Source: Patescibacteria group bacterium (GTDB lineage: Bacteria > Patescibacteriota > Patescibacteriia > Patescibacteriales > UBA12465). From it: DNA of 64,000 bases. A program made the translations under genes and the position numbers. Under the pieces are notes generated by a model. The model saw nothing but the letters and a program-made list of their open reading frames with translations, did no database searches and was not told where the DNA came from. Positions 1 through 10,233 of the stretch are shown here, in pieces. Position 1 is the first letter of the stretch. The number at the start of each line of letters is the position of its first letter. The stretch covers positions 41,326 through 105,325 of the forward strand of contig DATFJU010000031.1 in assembly GCA_035269015.1 (NCBI GenBank), read 5' to 3'.

Positions 1-328
1 TTCTCTTCATTTTTAAATTAATCTTTTGACTGAAATTTCTATCTTTACTAGGTCCAAAAGTGACACCACCACCAATCCAAATAGGTGATCTATTTGAGCC
101 TGCTCTAGCTCTACCAGTTCCTTTCTGACGCCATGGTTTTTTACCACCACCTCTAACTTCACTTCTAGTTTTAGTATGAGCTAAAACTTGTCTAGCATTA
201 TTCCTTTGAGCTGTAACAGCTTGATAAAGTAAATCTTGATTAGGTTCAACAGAAAACACTTTCTCATCTAAAGTCATTTCTCCAGTACTTTCAGCTTTTT
301 GATTATATATTTTTACTTTAATAGACAT
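1..328 (-). CDS. rplD: 50S ribosomal protein L4 (5' part; gene runs off window start)
   Basis: Reverse-strand translation from the ATG at 328 gives [78 protein letters not shown]..., a typical uL4 N-terminus. It lies directly downstream of rplC as in the S10 operon. Confidence 0.8.
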   Translation of the reverse strand, partial: MSIKVKIYNQKAESTGEMTLDEKVFSVEPNQDLLYQAVTAQRNNARQVLAHTKTRSEVRGGGKKPWRQKGTGRARAGSNRSPIWIGGGVTFGPSKDRNFSQKINLKMKR

Positions 329-340
329 ATTATAATATCA

Positions 341-1180
341 TTATTTTACTTGATTCTCAGCTTTTTCAGCTGTTGGCTCTTCTTTTAAATTATCTTTTTT
401 ATCTTCTTCTTTAACTTCTTCTTTCTTATTTGCTTCTTCTTTATTTGCTTCTTCTTTTTTTTCTTCTTTAATCTCAGTTGTTTCTTTATTTTCAGTATCT
501 TTTACTTCACCTTCTTTTTTTTCTTCTTTTTTCTCTGTAATTTTTAATTCACCTTCAGCGCTAATATAAACAAGAGAGTTTCTATGTCCAGGTACCGCAC
601 CTTTGATGTATAATAAATTATTTTCAGTATCTATTTTAATAATTTCTAAATTAGCTACACTAATTCTATCATTTCCCATTCTTCCGGGCATACGCATACC
701 TTTAAATACGTGAGCTGGTCCAGTTGATCCAATAGACCCTGGCATTCTTAACTGATCTTTATTACCATGAGTAGCTTTTGTACCTGAGAAACCGTGTCTT
801 TTAACTACACCTTGAAAACCTCTACCTTTTGACTTACCTGTAACTTTTACCTTTTCCCCTTCTTTAAAACTTTCAATACTAATCTCATCTCCAGCTTTAA
901 CATCTTTAAGCTCCTCGTTAATTCTAAATTCTTGTACATGTTTAGGGCTAAGATTTAATTTCTTAAAGAAAGCTAATTGAGGTTTTTTAATATTCTTTTC
1001 TTTTCTTTTTCCAAAAGCAACCTGCACAGCATTATATTTATCTTTAGCTTCACTACTTTTAATTCTAGAAATAAAACATGGTCCGGTTTTCACAGCTGTT
1101 ACAGCCACGACATCATCACCGTTCCATACTTGAGTCATATTCTGTTTTTCTCCGATTATAAATTTCATATTTTTTAACAA
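341..1180 (-). CDS. rplC: 50S ribosomal protein L3 with ~70-aa Lys/Glu-rich C-terminal extension
   Basis: 279 aa. The uL3 core (MTQVWNGDDVV...GKSKGRGFQGVVKRHGFSG...) is followed by a low-complexity tail (EKKEEKKEGEVKDTENKE...KEEANKEEANKKEEVKEEDKK). Position between rpsJ and rplD fits the S10 operon. Confidence 0.9.
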   Translation of the reverse strand: MLKNMKFIIGEKQNMTQVWNGDDVVAVTAVKTGPCFISRIKSSEAKDKYNAVQVAFGKRKEKNIKKPQLAFFKKLNLSPKHVQEFRINEELKDVKAGDEISIESFKEGEKVKVTGKSKGRGFQGVVKRHGFSGTKATHGNKDQLRMPGSIGSTGPAHVFKGMRMPGRMGNDRISVANLEIIKIDTENNLLYIKGAVPGHRNSLVYISAEGELKITEKKEEKKEGEVKDTENKETTEIKEEKKEEANKEEANKKEEVKEEDKKDNLKEEPTAEKAENQVK

Positions 1181-1364
1181 AAAACTGGCTTATCAATAAA
1201 CCAGCGAACAGCCTAAAAAATTTAGGTGCTTAACATTTAGTTAATTGTTCGTGATATTTATTGAATTTACCTCCGTATATATTAGATTCCATTTAAGTAC
1301 TTTCTTAAATAATTAAGAGTTACTTAGACGGTCAATAATATGTTTTTAATAATACAAAAGTATT

Positions 1365-1739
1365 TTACTGCATTTTAATTTCCACGTCAACCCCTGCTGG
1401 AAGATTTAAACTACTGAGGTCTTCAATAGTCTTTTGCTTTGGTTCTACAATATCAATTATACGTTTGTGGATCCTCATTTCATATTGATCTCTAGCATCT
1501 TTATGCACAAAAGTTGATCTATTTACAGTATACTTTTTCTTGTCTACTGGTAATGGAATTGGTCCATAAATTTGCTCATCATTTCTTTGCGCTGTTTCCA
1601 TGATAGTTTTTGTAGACTGATCAATAATTTTGTGATCAAAAGCTTTAATCTTAATGCGGATTCTCTGCTTAAAATCTTTGTTTTCTTTAGTTTCTTTTTT
1701 AGCTTCAGTTTTCTTTGAAGCAACTTTTTTCTCTGCCAT
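1365..1739 (-). CDS. rpsJ: 30S ribosomal protein S10 with short basic N-terminal extension
   Basis: 124 aa. The uS10 core ([18 protein letters not shown]...[27 protein letters not shown]) follows a KK/E-rich N-terminus. Confidence 0.9.
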   Translation of the reverse strand: MAEKKVASKKTEAKKETKENKDFKQRIRIKIKAFDHKIIDQSTKTIMETAQRNDEQIYGPIPLPVDKKKYTVNRSTFVHKDARDQYEMRIHKRIIDIVEPKQKTIEDLSSLNLPAGVDVEIKMQ

Positions 1740-1777
1740 GTGGATAATTTTAAATTAAATTTAAATAGGCACTACAA

Positions 1778-1800
1778 AGCCTCGGAATTAATCCGAGGCT
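1778..1800 (-). terminator. GC-rich stem-loop between tuf and rpsJ (possible attenuator/terminator or processing hairpin)
   Basis: agcctcgga-attaat-tccgaggct: a 9-bp perfect inverted repeat standing out in AT-rich DNA. The flanking U-tract is weak. Confidence 0.35.
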
Positions 1801-1808
1801 CAAAGTAT

Positions 1809-2996
1809 CTATTTGTCTACTTTTGTTACAACACCAGCACCTACAGTTCTACCACCTTCACGAATAGCAAACTTTTGCTTTTCTTCTAAAGCTACAGGTG
1901 AAATTAACTTAATGTTAACATTCACAGTATCTCCAGGCATAACCATTTCAGTTCCTTCTGGTAATGTAATTTCACCAGTTACATCAGTAGTTCTAATGTA
2001 GAATTGTGGTTTATATCCTTTGAAAAATGGTTTGTGACGACCACCTTCTTCTTTACTTAGAATATAAGCTTCTGCTTCAAATTCAGTATGAGGAGTAACA
2101 CTACCTGGTTTAGCAAGTACTTGACCTCTTTCAACTTCTTCTTTTTTAACACCACGAAGCAAAATACCAGCATTATCACCAGCTTCTCCGCGATCTAGAG
2201 ATTTGTTAAACATCTCTACACCAGTAACAGTAGTTTTTTTAGTATCCATTAAACCAACCATTTCAATCTCATCACCTACATTAACAACACCTCTTTCAAT
2301 ACGACCAGTAACAACAGTACCACGTCCTTCAATTGAAAAGATGTCTTCAATAGGCATTAAGAAATCTTGATCAATATCTCTTTCAGGAGCTGGGATGTAA
2401 TCATCAAGAGCTTTTACAAGATCCATTATAGCATCTCCATCTTCTCCTTCAGAGTTTTCAAGAGCCTTTAAAGCACTACCGCGAATAATTGGAGTTTCAT
2501 CTCCAGGAAATTCATATTTATTAAGCAAATCACGAACTTCTTCTTCAACAAGATCAATTAATTCCTTGTCTTCAACCATGTCGCATTTGTTTAAAAATAC
2601 TACAATTCTTGGCACACCAACCTGACGAGCAAGTAAAATATGCTCTCTGGTTTGAGGCATGGGTCCGTCAGTAGCTGAAACTACTAAAATTGAACCATCC
2701 ATTTGAGCAGCACCTGTAATCATGTTTTTAACATAATCAGCGTGACCTGGACAGTCTACGTGAGCATAATGACGATTTTCTGATTCGTACTCAACGTGAG
2801 CTGTAGCAATAGTAATACCGCGAGCCTTTTCTTCAGGAGCGGCATCAATTTGACTTACATCCTTACTTGAAGCTGTTAAACCTTTAGCGGTTAAAGTCTT
2901 CAAAATAGCTGCAGTCAAGGTTGTTTTACCGTGGTCAACGTGGCCAATAGTTCCAACGTTAACATGCGGTTTTGATCTTTCAAATTTATCTGCCAT
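1809..2996 (-). CDS. tuf: elongation factor Tu
   Basis: 395 aa. [13 protein letters not shown] and DCPGHADY G-domain motifs; full-length colinear with EF-Tu. Confidence 0.97.
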   Translation of the reverse strand: MADKFERSKPHVNVGTIGHVDHGKTTLTAAILKTLTAKGLTASSKDVSQIDAAPEEKARGITIATAHVEYESENRHYAHVDCPGHADYVKNMITGAAQMDGSILVVSATDGPMPQTREHILLARQVGVPRIVVFLNKCDMVEDKELIDLVEEEVRDLLNKYEFPGDETPIIRGSALKALENSEGEDGDAIMDLVKALDDYIPAPERDIDQDFLMPIEDIFSIEGRGTVVTGRIERGVVNVGDEIEMVGLMDTKKTTVTGVEMFNKSLDRGEAGDNAGILLRGVKKEEVERGQVLAKPGSVTPHTEFEAEAYILSKEEGGRHKPFFKGYKPQFYIRTTDVTGEITLPEGTEMVMPGDTVNVNIKLISPVALEEKQKFAIREGGRTVGAGVVTKVDK

Positions 2997-3119
2997 GTTT
3001 TTATGTTCACGACCCCTAATAATAGGGTTACTTGTTCTATAAGAACAACCAGTCGTATTTCTTAATTATTTATAATTATATTAATATTTTTAATATTTTA
3101 TTTAACTTGCTTTAGTTAT

Positions 3120-3545
3120 TTATTCAATAACCTCCGTAGCTGAATTTTTTACCTGTCTAGAAATTTCCCATTTTTCCTTCTTGTTTTCCAATACATCTTT
3201 TACTGAAGTTGGCATATTAGGATCGCTATAAACTTCCCTATTTCCTGATACACCATTTAATTCTTCTCCACTAATATCATCATTACTATTTTCTTCTATA
3301 TTTCCCTCATTATCTGATTGATTATCATTCTCTTTAATGGATTCTATTTTATCACCTGAATCACTAGTTGTCAACTCTTCACTCCTATCACTTTTATTCT
3401 CATTTTTTTCATTATTAAGCAACTTTTGATAATCTTTTAAGGATACAGCTACCCATGATTTTTCAGGGTTTTCAAGATTATATATAACTAATCTATCATT
3501 ATTTTCCTGTGATAGACTAAGTAATTTTAGTAAATCATTATTCAT
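3120..3545 (-). CDS. hypothetical acidic protein inserted between fusA and tuf
   Basis: 141 aa. Ordered N-terminus (LVIYNLENPEKSWVAVSLKDYQKL) followed by an Asp/Glu/Ser/Asn-rich disordered stretch. It starts 10 nt after the fusA stop and is probably co-transcribed. No recognisable family. Confidence 0.5.
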   Translation of the reverse strand: MNNDLLKLLSLSQENNDRLVIYNLENPEKSWVAVSLKDYQKLLNNEKNENKSDRSEELTTSDSGDKIESIKENDNQSDNEGNIEENSNDDISGEELNGVSGNREVYSDPNMPTSVKDVLENKKEKWEISRQVKNSATEVIE

Positions 3546-3554
3546 AGTTATATA

Positions 3555-5630
3555 TTAAGAATTCTTTTCCTTTATTTTCTCTAATATATTAGCAGGCACT
3601 TCAGCATAATGCAAGAATTCCATAGTATAATTAGCTCTTCCCTGACTCATAGATCTAATATCAGTAGCATAACCAAACATTTCAGAAAGTGGCACTTTAG
3701 CGTCAATAACTTTAGTGTTAGCTCTATCAACCATATCACCAATTTGACCACGTCTAGCATTTAAATCACCAATAATATTACCCATATATTCTTCTGAAGT
3801 TACCACCTCAACTTTCATCACTGGCTCAAGTAGTACAGGTTTAGCTTTTTGACAAGCATCTTTAAAAGCAAAAATACTAGCCATTTTAAAGGCCAACTCA
3901 GAAGAGTCAACATCATGATAAGAACCATCAAAAACAGCTACTTTTATATCAACCATAGGATAACCAGCTAAAATACCATTATTCATAGCTTCTTTAACAC
4001 CCTTCTCAATAGCTGGAATAAACTCCTGAGGAATTGAACCACCTTTAATTTCATTAACAAATTCAAAGCCAGCACCCTCTTCATTAGATTCAACGCGTAA
4101 GTAACAATGACCATACTGACCTTTACCACCTGATTGCTTAACATATTTATGCTCAGCCTCAGCTGTCTCTTTAATAGTTTCCCTATATGATACTTGTGGT
4201 TGACCCACATTGGCTTCTACATTAAATTCTCTTTTCATACGGTCAATAAGTACATCCAAGTGTAATTCTCCCATACCTGAGATAAGTGTTTGATTAGTTT
4301 CTTCATCAGTTTCAACTCTAAAAGTTGGATCTTCTTCTGCTAACTTAGATAAAGCTACACCCATTTTTTCTTGGTCAGCTTTAGTTTTTGGTTCCACTGC
4401 TATTTGAATAACAGGATCAGGAAAATTAATTGATTCTAAAAGCACTGGTGTATCTTCTGCACATAGAGTATTACCGGTAGTAGAGTCTTTTAAACCAACT
4501 ACAGCTGCAATATCTCCAGCATACAATTCTTTTACTTCTTCACGGCTATTAGCATGCATTCTTACTAATCTTCCAATTCTTTCTTTTTTACCAGTAGAAG
4601 AATTAAGAACATATGTTCCTGATTCTAAAACTCCTCTGTAGACACGAATAAAAGCTAATTTTCCCACATAAGGATCAGTAGCAATTTTAAAAGCTAAAGC
4701 AGCAAATGGTTCATCATCATTTGATTTTACTACCACTTCTTTCTCTTCATCTTTAGGATCATGACCTGTAATATCAACTGCCTCAACCGGATCAGGTAAA
4801 TACTTAATTACAGCATCTAAGCCCGGTTGAATACCAATATTTTTCAAAGCTGTACCACATAATACAGGATATAATTTATTATTTACTACTCCAATATGAG
4901 CAGCCTTTTCTAACTCATCAATACTAAGCTCTTCTCCATTTAAATATTTTTCCATAATAACTTCATCGTTTTCCACTATTTTTTCAATCATTTCTGCACG
5001 ATATTTTTCTACTTTTTCTTTCATATCTTCTGATATTTCAATTTCCTCAATATTTTCACCAAAATTACCAGTAAACTTCATAGCTTTTCTACTCATAAGG
5101 TCAATTATACCACTAAAGTCATCTTCAGCACCAATAGGTAATTGAAAAGCAACAGCATTAGGATTTAACCTTTCTCTAATAGAGTCAAGACTCATATAGA
5201 AATCAGCTCCTAACTTGTCCATCTTATTTACAAAACAAAGTCTAGGTACCTCATATTTATCAGCTTGTCTCCAAACAGTTTCAGACTGAGGCTCTACACC
5301 AGCAGAACCATCAAAAACAGCAATAGCTCCGTCAAGCACTCTTAAAGATCTTTCTACCTCAACGGTAAAGTCAACGTGACCAGGAGTATCAATAATATTA
5401 ATCTTATGATCTTTCCAATAACAAGTAGTAGCCGCAGAGGTAATAGTAATTCCTCTTTCTTTTTCTTGTTCCATCCAATCCATTTCGGATTCTCCACTAT
5501 GAGTTTCTCCAATTTTATGCTTTTTTCCAGTATAAAAAAGCACCCTTTCAGTGAAGGTGGTCTTTCCGGCATCAATGTGAGCCATAATACCAATATTTCT
5601 AATTTTTTCTAATGGGTATTCTCGAGGCAT
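3555..5630 (-). CDS. fusA: elongation factor G
   Basis: 691 aa. AHIDAGKTT and DTPGHVDF motifs; full five-domain EF-G architecture. Confidence 0.97.
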   Translation of the reverse strand: MPREYPLEKIRNIGIMAHIDAGKTTFTERVLFYTGKKHKIGETHSGESEMDWMEQEKERGITITSAATTCYWKDHKINIIDTPGHVDFTVEVERSLRVLDGAIAVFDGSAGVEPQSETVWRQADKYEVPRLCFVNKMDKLGADFYMSLDSIRERLNPNAVAFQLPIGAEDDFSGIIDLMSRKAMKFTGNFGENIEEIEISEDMKEKVEKYRAEMIEKIVENDEVIMEKYLNGEELSIDELEKAAHIGVVNNKLYPVLCGTALKNIGIQPGLDAVIKYLPDPVEAVDITGHDPKDEEKEVVVKSNDDEPFAALAFKIATDPYVGKLAFIRVYRGVLESGTYVLNSSTGKKERIGRLVRMHANSREEVKELYAGDIAAVVGLKDSTTGNTLCAEDTPVLLESINFPDPVIQIAVEPKTKADQEKMGVALSKLAEEDPTFRVETDEETNQTLISGMGELHLDVLIDRMKREFNVEANVGQPQVSYRETIKETAEAEHKYVKQSGGKGQYGHCYLRVESNEEGAGFEFVNEIKGGSIPQEFIPAIEKGVKEAMNNGILAGYPMVDIKVAVFDGSYHDVDSSELAFKMASIFAFKDACQKAKPVLLEPVMKVEVVTSEEYMGNIIGDLNARRGQIGDMVDRANTKVIDAKVPLSEMFGYATDIRSMSQGRANYTMEFLHYAEVPANILEKIKEKNS

Positions 5631-5689
5631 AATAATTTATTTAATCTTTATATATGTTTAAATTTAAAACTTTTTTATTAAAACTTCTA

Positions 5690-6157
5690 TTATCTAGCAA
5701 AGTGAGCAAAAGCCTTATTAGATTCAGCCATCTTATGTACGTTTTCTCTTTTTCTTACAGCCATACCCTCACCTTCAGAAGCTTCTAAAATTTCATTAGC
5801 TAATTTTTCAGCCATAGCCTTACCTTTCTTACTTTTAGTTGAATCAATTAACCACTTACAAGCTAAATAAAAACGTCTGTCCCCTTTTACTTGAAAAGGA
5901 ACCTGAAAATTAGCACCACCAACTCTACGCCCTCTAACTTCAACTAGTGGTGATATTTTTTTCATAGCTTTGTTGAAAATATGTCTTGGGTCTTGCTTAG
6001 TTTTTTCTTTAATAATATCAAAGGAATCATACACAATAGTTTGAGCCACTGATTTTTTACCATGACTCATGATGTAATTGATAAACTTAGCAATACTTTC
6101 ATCATTATATTTTAAATCCCCTTTTATTTCTTTTTTTTGAGCTTGTTTTCCTCTCAT
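5690..6157 (-). CDS. rpsG: 30S ribosomal protein S7
   Basis: 155 aa with uS7 signature regions (VEVRGRRVGGANFQVP...). Classic str operon order rpsL-rpsG-fusA. Confidence 0.95.
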   Translation of the reverse strand: MRGKQAQKKEIKGDLKYNDESIAKFINYIMSHGKKSVAQTIVYDSFDIIKEKTKQDPRHIFNKAMKKISPLVEVRGRRVGGANFQVPFQVKGDRRFYLACKWLIDSTKSKKGKAMAEKLANEILEASEGEGMAVRKRENVHKMAESNKAFAHFAR

Positions 6158-6173
6158 ATGTATTTATATATTA

Positions 6174-6587
6174 TTAACTTTTTTTAGCACCATATTTACT
6201 ACGGCTCTTCTTTCTACCTTCCACACCCTGTGCATCATATACGCCTCTAACCACTTTATATCTAACACCAGCTAAATCTTTAGTACGTCCACCCTTAAGT
6301 AGAACCACTGAGTGTTCTTGTAAATTATGTCCCATTCCAGGCACATAAGCAGTAACTTCCATACCATTTGAAAGTCTAACCCTAGCAATTTTACGCAAAG
6401 CTGAGTTAGGTTTTTTAGGTGTCATTGTAGTTACCTTTAAACAAACCCCTTGCTTAAAAGGAGAGCCTTTTTTGGTAACTTCTTTTTTACGGTGCAAAGT
6501 ATCTACATTTGTATGTAAAGCCAAGGTTTTCTTTTTCTTCTTTATTTGCTTTCTTCCCTTGCGCACCAATTGATTAATTGTTGGCAT
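6174..6587 (-). CDS. rpsL: 30S ribosomal protein S12
   Basis: 137 aa: [12 protein letters not shown]...[58 protein letters not shown]. It has a Lys-rich insertion near the N-terminus and a short basic C-terminal tail. Confidence 0.95.
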   Translation of the reverse strand: MPTINQLVRKGRKQIKKKKKTLALHTNVDTLHRKKEVTKKGSPFKQGVCLKVTTMTPKKPNSALRKIARVRLSNGMEVTAYVPGMGHNLQEHSVVLLKGGRTKDLAGVRYKVVRGVYDAQGVEGRKKSRSKYGAKKS

Positions 6588-6618
6588 AATCTATTTAATC
6601 TTATTTTTATATTATATT

Positions 6619-6647
6619 TATATACTACGTTTATATATAATTTTCAA
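6619..6647 (-). promoter_or_regulatory. candidate sigma70 promoter of the rpsL-rpsG-fusA(-tuf) operon
   Basis: Minus strand reads TTGAAA-17nt-TATATA about 30 nt upstream of the rpsL ATG and just downstream of the terminator of the preceding gene. Such matches are frequent by chance in AT-rich DNA. Confidence 0.3.
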
Positions 6648-6673
6648 GATAAAAATAATCCCGTATAACGGGA
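6648..6673 (-). terminator. rho-independent terminator after the M50 protease gene
   Basis: Minus-strand hairpin GTCCCGT-TATA-CGGGAT followed by TTATTTTTATCTT, immediately 3' of the 6753..7397 ORF. Confidence 0.55.
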
Positions 6674-6752
6674 CAATATTTATATAGCTAATTTAACAAA
6701 TGTAAAAAGATAAGTCAAGACCTTCTTTAACTTGGTTTATCTTAATAATTAA

Positions 6753-7397
6753 TTAAACTCCAAACATCATGCTTATTTGCATCATAGCACCATTACCTAC
6801 AATAAGTCTCATTAAGAAAAAGGTTACAGGAATAATAATATCAAAAGCAAAAAAGATAAAAATAATTACCAATATCATTCCATATCTTTCTAATTTTATG
6901 AATTGCATTTGCCACTTAAAGGGTAAGAAAGGCATTATTACCTTAGACCCATCTAAAGGAGGAATGGGCATAAGATTAAATATCATGAGTACTAGATTAA
7001 TAAGTATTGCCATAGCAAATAAGGCTATCATAGTAGGATTAGCTATTTCCAAAAAACGCAAAGTCAAGCCCAGCATTAAAGCTATAATCAGATTTCCTAA
7101 AGGACCAGCAATAGCAACCTTAGCTGAGCCCCACTTTTTATCACTTAAATTATTAGGATTAAACGGTACTGGTTTAGCCCAACCAAAAATAATACCAGTG
7201 CCAGATAATGCCATTAGTGAAGGTAATATAATTGAACCAAAAAGATCCAAATGAGGAATTGGATTCAAAGTTAGGCGACCCGCATCTTTAGCTGTGTTAT
7301 CACCTAAGCGCTCAGCCATCCAACCATGCATGTATTCATGGATAATTGCTGAAAATATTAATATTATAATACCAAATATTTGTAACATAATATTCAC
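6753..7397 (-). CDS. site-2 protease family (peptidase M50B-like) integral membrane zinc metalloprotease
   Basis: 214 aa, multi-TM. HEYMH zinc-binding motif at the N-terminus and a later LDG-type motif (PIPPLDGSKV), typical of short SpoIVFB-like M50 proteins. Confidence 0.7.
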   Translation of the reverse strand: MNIMLQIFGIIILIFSAIIHEYMHGWMAERLGDNTAKDAGRLTLNPIPHLDLFGSIILPSLMALSGTGIIFGWAKPVPFNPNNLSDKKWGSAKVAIAGPLGNLIIALMLGLTLRFLEIANPTMIALFAMAILINLVLMIFNLMPIPPLDGSKVIMPFLPFKWQMQFIKLERYGMILVIIFIFFAFDIIIPVTFFLMRLIVGNGAMMQISMMFGV

Positions 7398-7474
7398 ATA
7401 TTATCATAACTTGATTTTTAAATCAAAGCGTGATAGTATAGCTTTATCATTAATTAGAAATTAATTTAAATCAT

Positions 7475-7666
7475 ATGGCGCGAAAATGTGATATCTGCCA
7501 AAGAGGCTCAACTAAAGGAGCTAGTCGCTCTCACTCTAAAGTTAAAACCTTAAAACGCCAACACATTAATTTGCAAAGCAGAAAGGTTGGAGGTATAAAA
7601 ATAAAAGTTTGTACTTCTTGTCTAAGAACTTTAACTAAAGACGAAAGAGCCCAGGCAAAAAAATAA
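7475..7666 (+). CDS. rpmB: 50S ribosomal protein L28
   Basis: 63 aa. MARKCDICQRG...SRSHS...CTSC: bL28 size and a zinc-ribbon Cys pattern. Confidence 0.8.
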   Translation: MARKCDICQRGSTKGASRSHSKVKTLKRQHINLQSRKVGGIKIKVCTSCLRTLTKDERAQAKK

Positions 7667-7667
7667 A

Positions 7668-9074
7668 TTAAATATTTTTTACAAACAACAGATTTTTTCG
7701 AAGTCTGTTTTTTGTTATCTGAAAATATAATAATATTCCTAAATAATACAAAAAAACAAAGTATATATTAATATTTAAACTTATATAAAAAGCACTAAAA
7801 TTAAAACTAGCTATAATATAAAAATATTCAAAAACAAAATATAAAGGTATAAAAAATATTTTAGATATAAAAGCTATACCTGACACACTGATACCTGAAA
7901 TAATTAAAACCAAGATTACTGGAAGAAGTGGTAATATTAATAAATTAAGAAAAATTGATAAAGTGTTATAAACACCAAAATAATATAAAAGAAGTGGCCA
8001 AAGTATAATGTTAACTGCCAAAGAAGCTATAAACAAAAAATAAAAATATTTAAAGTATTTATTTTTAAATATAGTGATAATAAATTTATATAAACTCAAC
8101 TTTAAACCTCTATATCTGCCCTCTTTAAGTTTTAGCGCCACTTTACTAACTCTTCTAATAATATAATAATCTAAACTTGGCATAATACTTAGAAGCGACC
8201 AAACTGCTAAAAAAGACATTTGCATAGCCGGACTAAACAATAATTCAGGTGAAATAAAAAGTATAATAAAACCTGCTAAATACAATCTATTTAAAGACTT
8301 TTTTAAAGTGTTAGCACTGAAGCTAATTATAATCATTATCACTGCCCTTGAGGCAGAAACACTAAAACTAATCATAGCTAAATATATAAGTAAAATACCG
8401 CTTATTAAAAACTTAATTAACTTATTATTAACTCTTAATCTTTTAAAAATAAAAAAGATTAAAGTATAAAGTATAGCAATGTGCATTCCTGATATAGCTA
8501 AAATATGAGCCAAACCATTATCTTCCAAGCTTTCTTTTAGTTGAGGCTCTACCTCTGTTTTTAAACCTAAAAACATAGCCTTAGATAATCCTGCTCCTGG
8601 CTCAGGTAAATTTCTCTCTATCTTGTTAACTAGTTTCATTTTAAATAACCATAATTTATATTTAATTTTCTTAAATATGGCTAACGTAGAATAATTTACT
8701 ACATCTAACTTTCTAATACTCCAAGAATAACAAGTAAAATATATATTTTGTTTATATAAATAACTTTTATAATCAAAATCACTATAGTTTTCCGGTACTT
8801 GTAATTTACATTTAACCAACAACTTGTCATACAAACTGTAACTAGGAAAAATTGATGTTGTAACTTGCACTTTATAGGGTTCATCGCTACACAACACTAA
8901 TACTTGCTTGTCAAAATACCTTTTGGGCTCACTACAAACATTAGCCACAAAAGACTTATCTTCAGGTTTTTTAAACTTGTGTATTTCATTGCTTAAAAAA
9001 CAAAACCTTAAAAACAAAATAAAAACTAATAAATATTTAAAGGTTTTAGATTTAAAAAAATAGCGTTTAGTCAT
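7668..9074 (-). CDS. comEC: ComEC/Rec2 family DNA-uptake channel protein (competence domain only, no metallo-beta-lactamase domain)
   Basis: 468 aa polytopic membrane protein. LAHILAISGMHIAIL is the ComEC competence-domain signature, preceded by a DUF4131-like N-terminal region. The C-terminal MBL nuclease domain is absent. Confidence 0.75.
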   Translation of the reverse strand: MTKRYFFKSKTFKYLLVFILFLRFCFLSNEIHKFKKPEDKSFVANVCSEPKRYFDKQVLVLCSDEPYKVQVTTSIFPSYSLYDKLLVKCKLQVPENYSDFDYKSYLYKQNIYFTCYSWSIRKLDVVNYSTLAIFKKIKYKLWLFKMKLVNKIERNLPEPGAGLSKAMFLGLKTEVEPQLKESLEDNGLAHILAISGMHIAILYTLIFFIFKRLRVNNKLIKFLISGILLIYLAMISFSVSASRAVIMIIISFSANTLKKSLNRLYLAGFIILFISPELLFSPAMQMSFLAVWSLLSIMPSLDYYIIRRVSKVALKLKEGRYRGLKLSLYKFIITIFKNKYFKYFYFLFIASLAVNIILWPLLLYYFGVYNTLSIFLNLLILPLLPVILVLIISGISVSGIAFISKIFFIPLYFVFEYFYIIASFNFSAFYISLNINIYFVFLYYLGILLYFQITKNRLRKNLLFVKNI

Positions 9075-9126
9075 AACGCTATATTAAAGGAATCTATATT
9101 AAAATTATCTAAAGTAAATAACAAAA

Positions 9127-10233
9127 CTACTTATTTTCATTATTCTTTCTCCATCTTAAATAAGCTTCAATTAACTCTTCTAAATCACCATCTAAAACAT
9201 CTTCAACCTGATCAGTGCTATAGTTGGTTCTATGATCTTTTACCATCCTGTATGGTTGCAAAACGTAGGATCTAATTTGCTTACCCCAGACAGCTTGCTT
9301 TACCTTCCCTTTTAACTTCTCTTCTTTCTTCTCCCTTTCTTCTTCTTGCAATTGATTTAATTTAGACTTTAAAAGCCTAAGAGCTATTTCCTTATTTTGA
9401 TGTTGAGATCTTTCTGTTTGTGAAGCCACTGATATTTTAGTAGGTAAATGAACAATTCTTACAGCTGAATCAGTAGTGTTAACACTTTGACCCCCTGGTC
9501 CTGAAGACTTAAAGACATCAATACGTAAGTCTTCATCTTTAATTTCAAGATCTTCGTCTTGTTCTAGCTCAGGAATAACCTCTATTTTTACAAAAGAAGT
9601 ATGGCGCATACTCTCAGCATCAAAAGGTGATATTCTCACCAATCTATGCACTCCATTCTCACTCTTTAAAAAAGCATAAGCCCATCTACCCTCAACTTTA
9701 AAAACCTGACTTTTAATACCAGCTTCTTGCCCTGGATTATTCTCTATTATTTCAAGTTTTAAATTCTTTTTTTCACAAAACCGCATATACATACGAGAAA
9801 GCATCTGCGCAAAATCCTGGGCATCTACCCCACCAGTACCTGCATGTATAGAAACAATGGCACTATGTTTGTCATATTTTCCAGAAAATAAAAGCATAAA
9901 CTCCAGTTTTTCAAACTTTTCATCTAACTTGTGATAGGTGTCTAAGGAATCTTTATAGACAGAACTATCTTCTTCTTTATTTGCTACTGCTACAAATTTC
10001 TCTAAATCTTCTATCTCTTTTTCAATACCTTCCCATTTACCTACCTCTTCGTCTAAGCTTTCCGCTTCCTTACTTACCCTCACAGCCTCTTCGTTATCAG
10101 CCCAAAAACCAGGTTTTTTCATTTTATTCTCTAAGTCCCTTTTCTCTGTCTTTAAAGCTTCAATATCTAAAAGCTCTTTAGCTTCAATAACTTTTTGCCT
10201 TAAATCTTCAATTTGTTTTAAGAGGTTTTCCAT
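9127..10233 (-). CDS. prfB: peptide chain release factor 2 (single uninterrupted ORF, no +1 frameshift site)
   Basis: 368 aa with the SPF tripeptide (RISPFD), diagnostic of RF2, and the GGQ motif (SGPGGQSVNTTDSAVR). Confidence 0.9.
   Translation of the reverse strand: MENLLKQIEDLRQKVIEAKELLDIEALKTEKRDLENKMKKPGFWADNEEAVRVSKEAESLDEEVGKWEGIEKEIEDLEKFVAVANKEEDSSVYKDSLDTYHKLDEKFEKLEFMLLFSGKYDKHSAIVSIHAGTGGVDAQDFAQMLSRMYMRFCEKKNLKLEIIENNPGQEAGIKSQVFKVEGRWAYAFLKSENGVHRLVRISPFDAESMRHTSFVKIEVIPELEQDEDLEIKDEDLRIDVFKSSGPGGQSVNTTDSAVRIVHLPTKISVASQTERSQHQNKEIALRLLKSKLNQLQEEEREKKEEKLKGKVKQAVWGKQIRSYVLQPYRMVKDHRTNYSTDQVEDVLDGDLEELIEAYLRWRKNNENK

Noticed and set aside
421-460. Short tandem DNA repeats (ttatttgcttcttct x2) that could be mistaken for a microsatellite or CRISPR-like repeat
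   Set aside because: They lie inside the rplC reading frame and simply encode the repetitive KEEANKEEANK tail. No spacer/repeat array structure is present, and no CRISPR array exists anywhere in the window.
5354-5612. ORFs 5354..5593(-) and 5376..5612(+), and 3983..4210(-), lying inside fusA
   Set aside because: They are entirely embedded in or antisense to the strongly supported EF-G reading frame, with low-complexity translations. These are frame artefacts of AT-rich sequence.
6769-7254. 161-aa plus-strand ORF antisense to the M50 protease gene
   Set aside because: It is antisense to a gene carrying a clear HExxH motif and TM topology. Its translation is Ile/Lys-rich low complexity with no motifs.
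9061-9081. Hairpin TAGCGTT-tagtcat-AACGCTA overlapping the comEC start codon
   Set aside because: It is short, and its position over the start codon makes a terminator unlikely. A translational-control role is possible but cannot be supported from sequence alone.
9981-10181. 66-aa plus-strand ORF inside prfB, and similar small antisense ORFs (11916..12128, 18632..18874, 29270..29452, 30601..30837, 31090..31356, 52550..52738, 55174..55392, 57821..58015, 61531..61725, 62836..63105, 26751..27023, 27744..28073, 34854..35057, 39709..40104, 40256..40534, 23155..23397, 22432..22617, 10861..11082, 1813..2001, 977..1177)
   Set aside because: All are embedded in or antisense to well-supported genes, lack motifs, and have compositions typical of out-of-frame AT-rich sequence.
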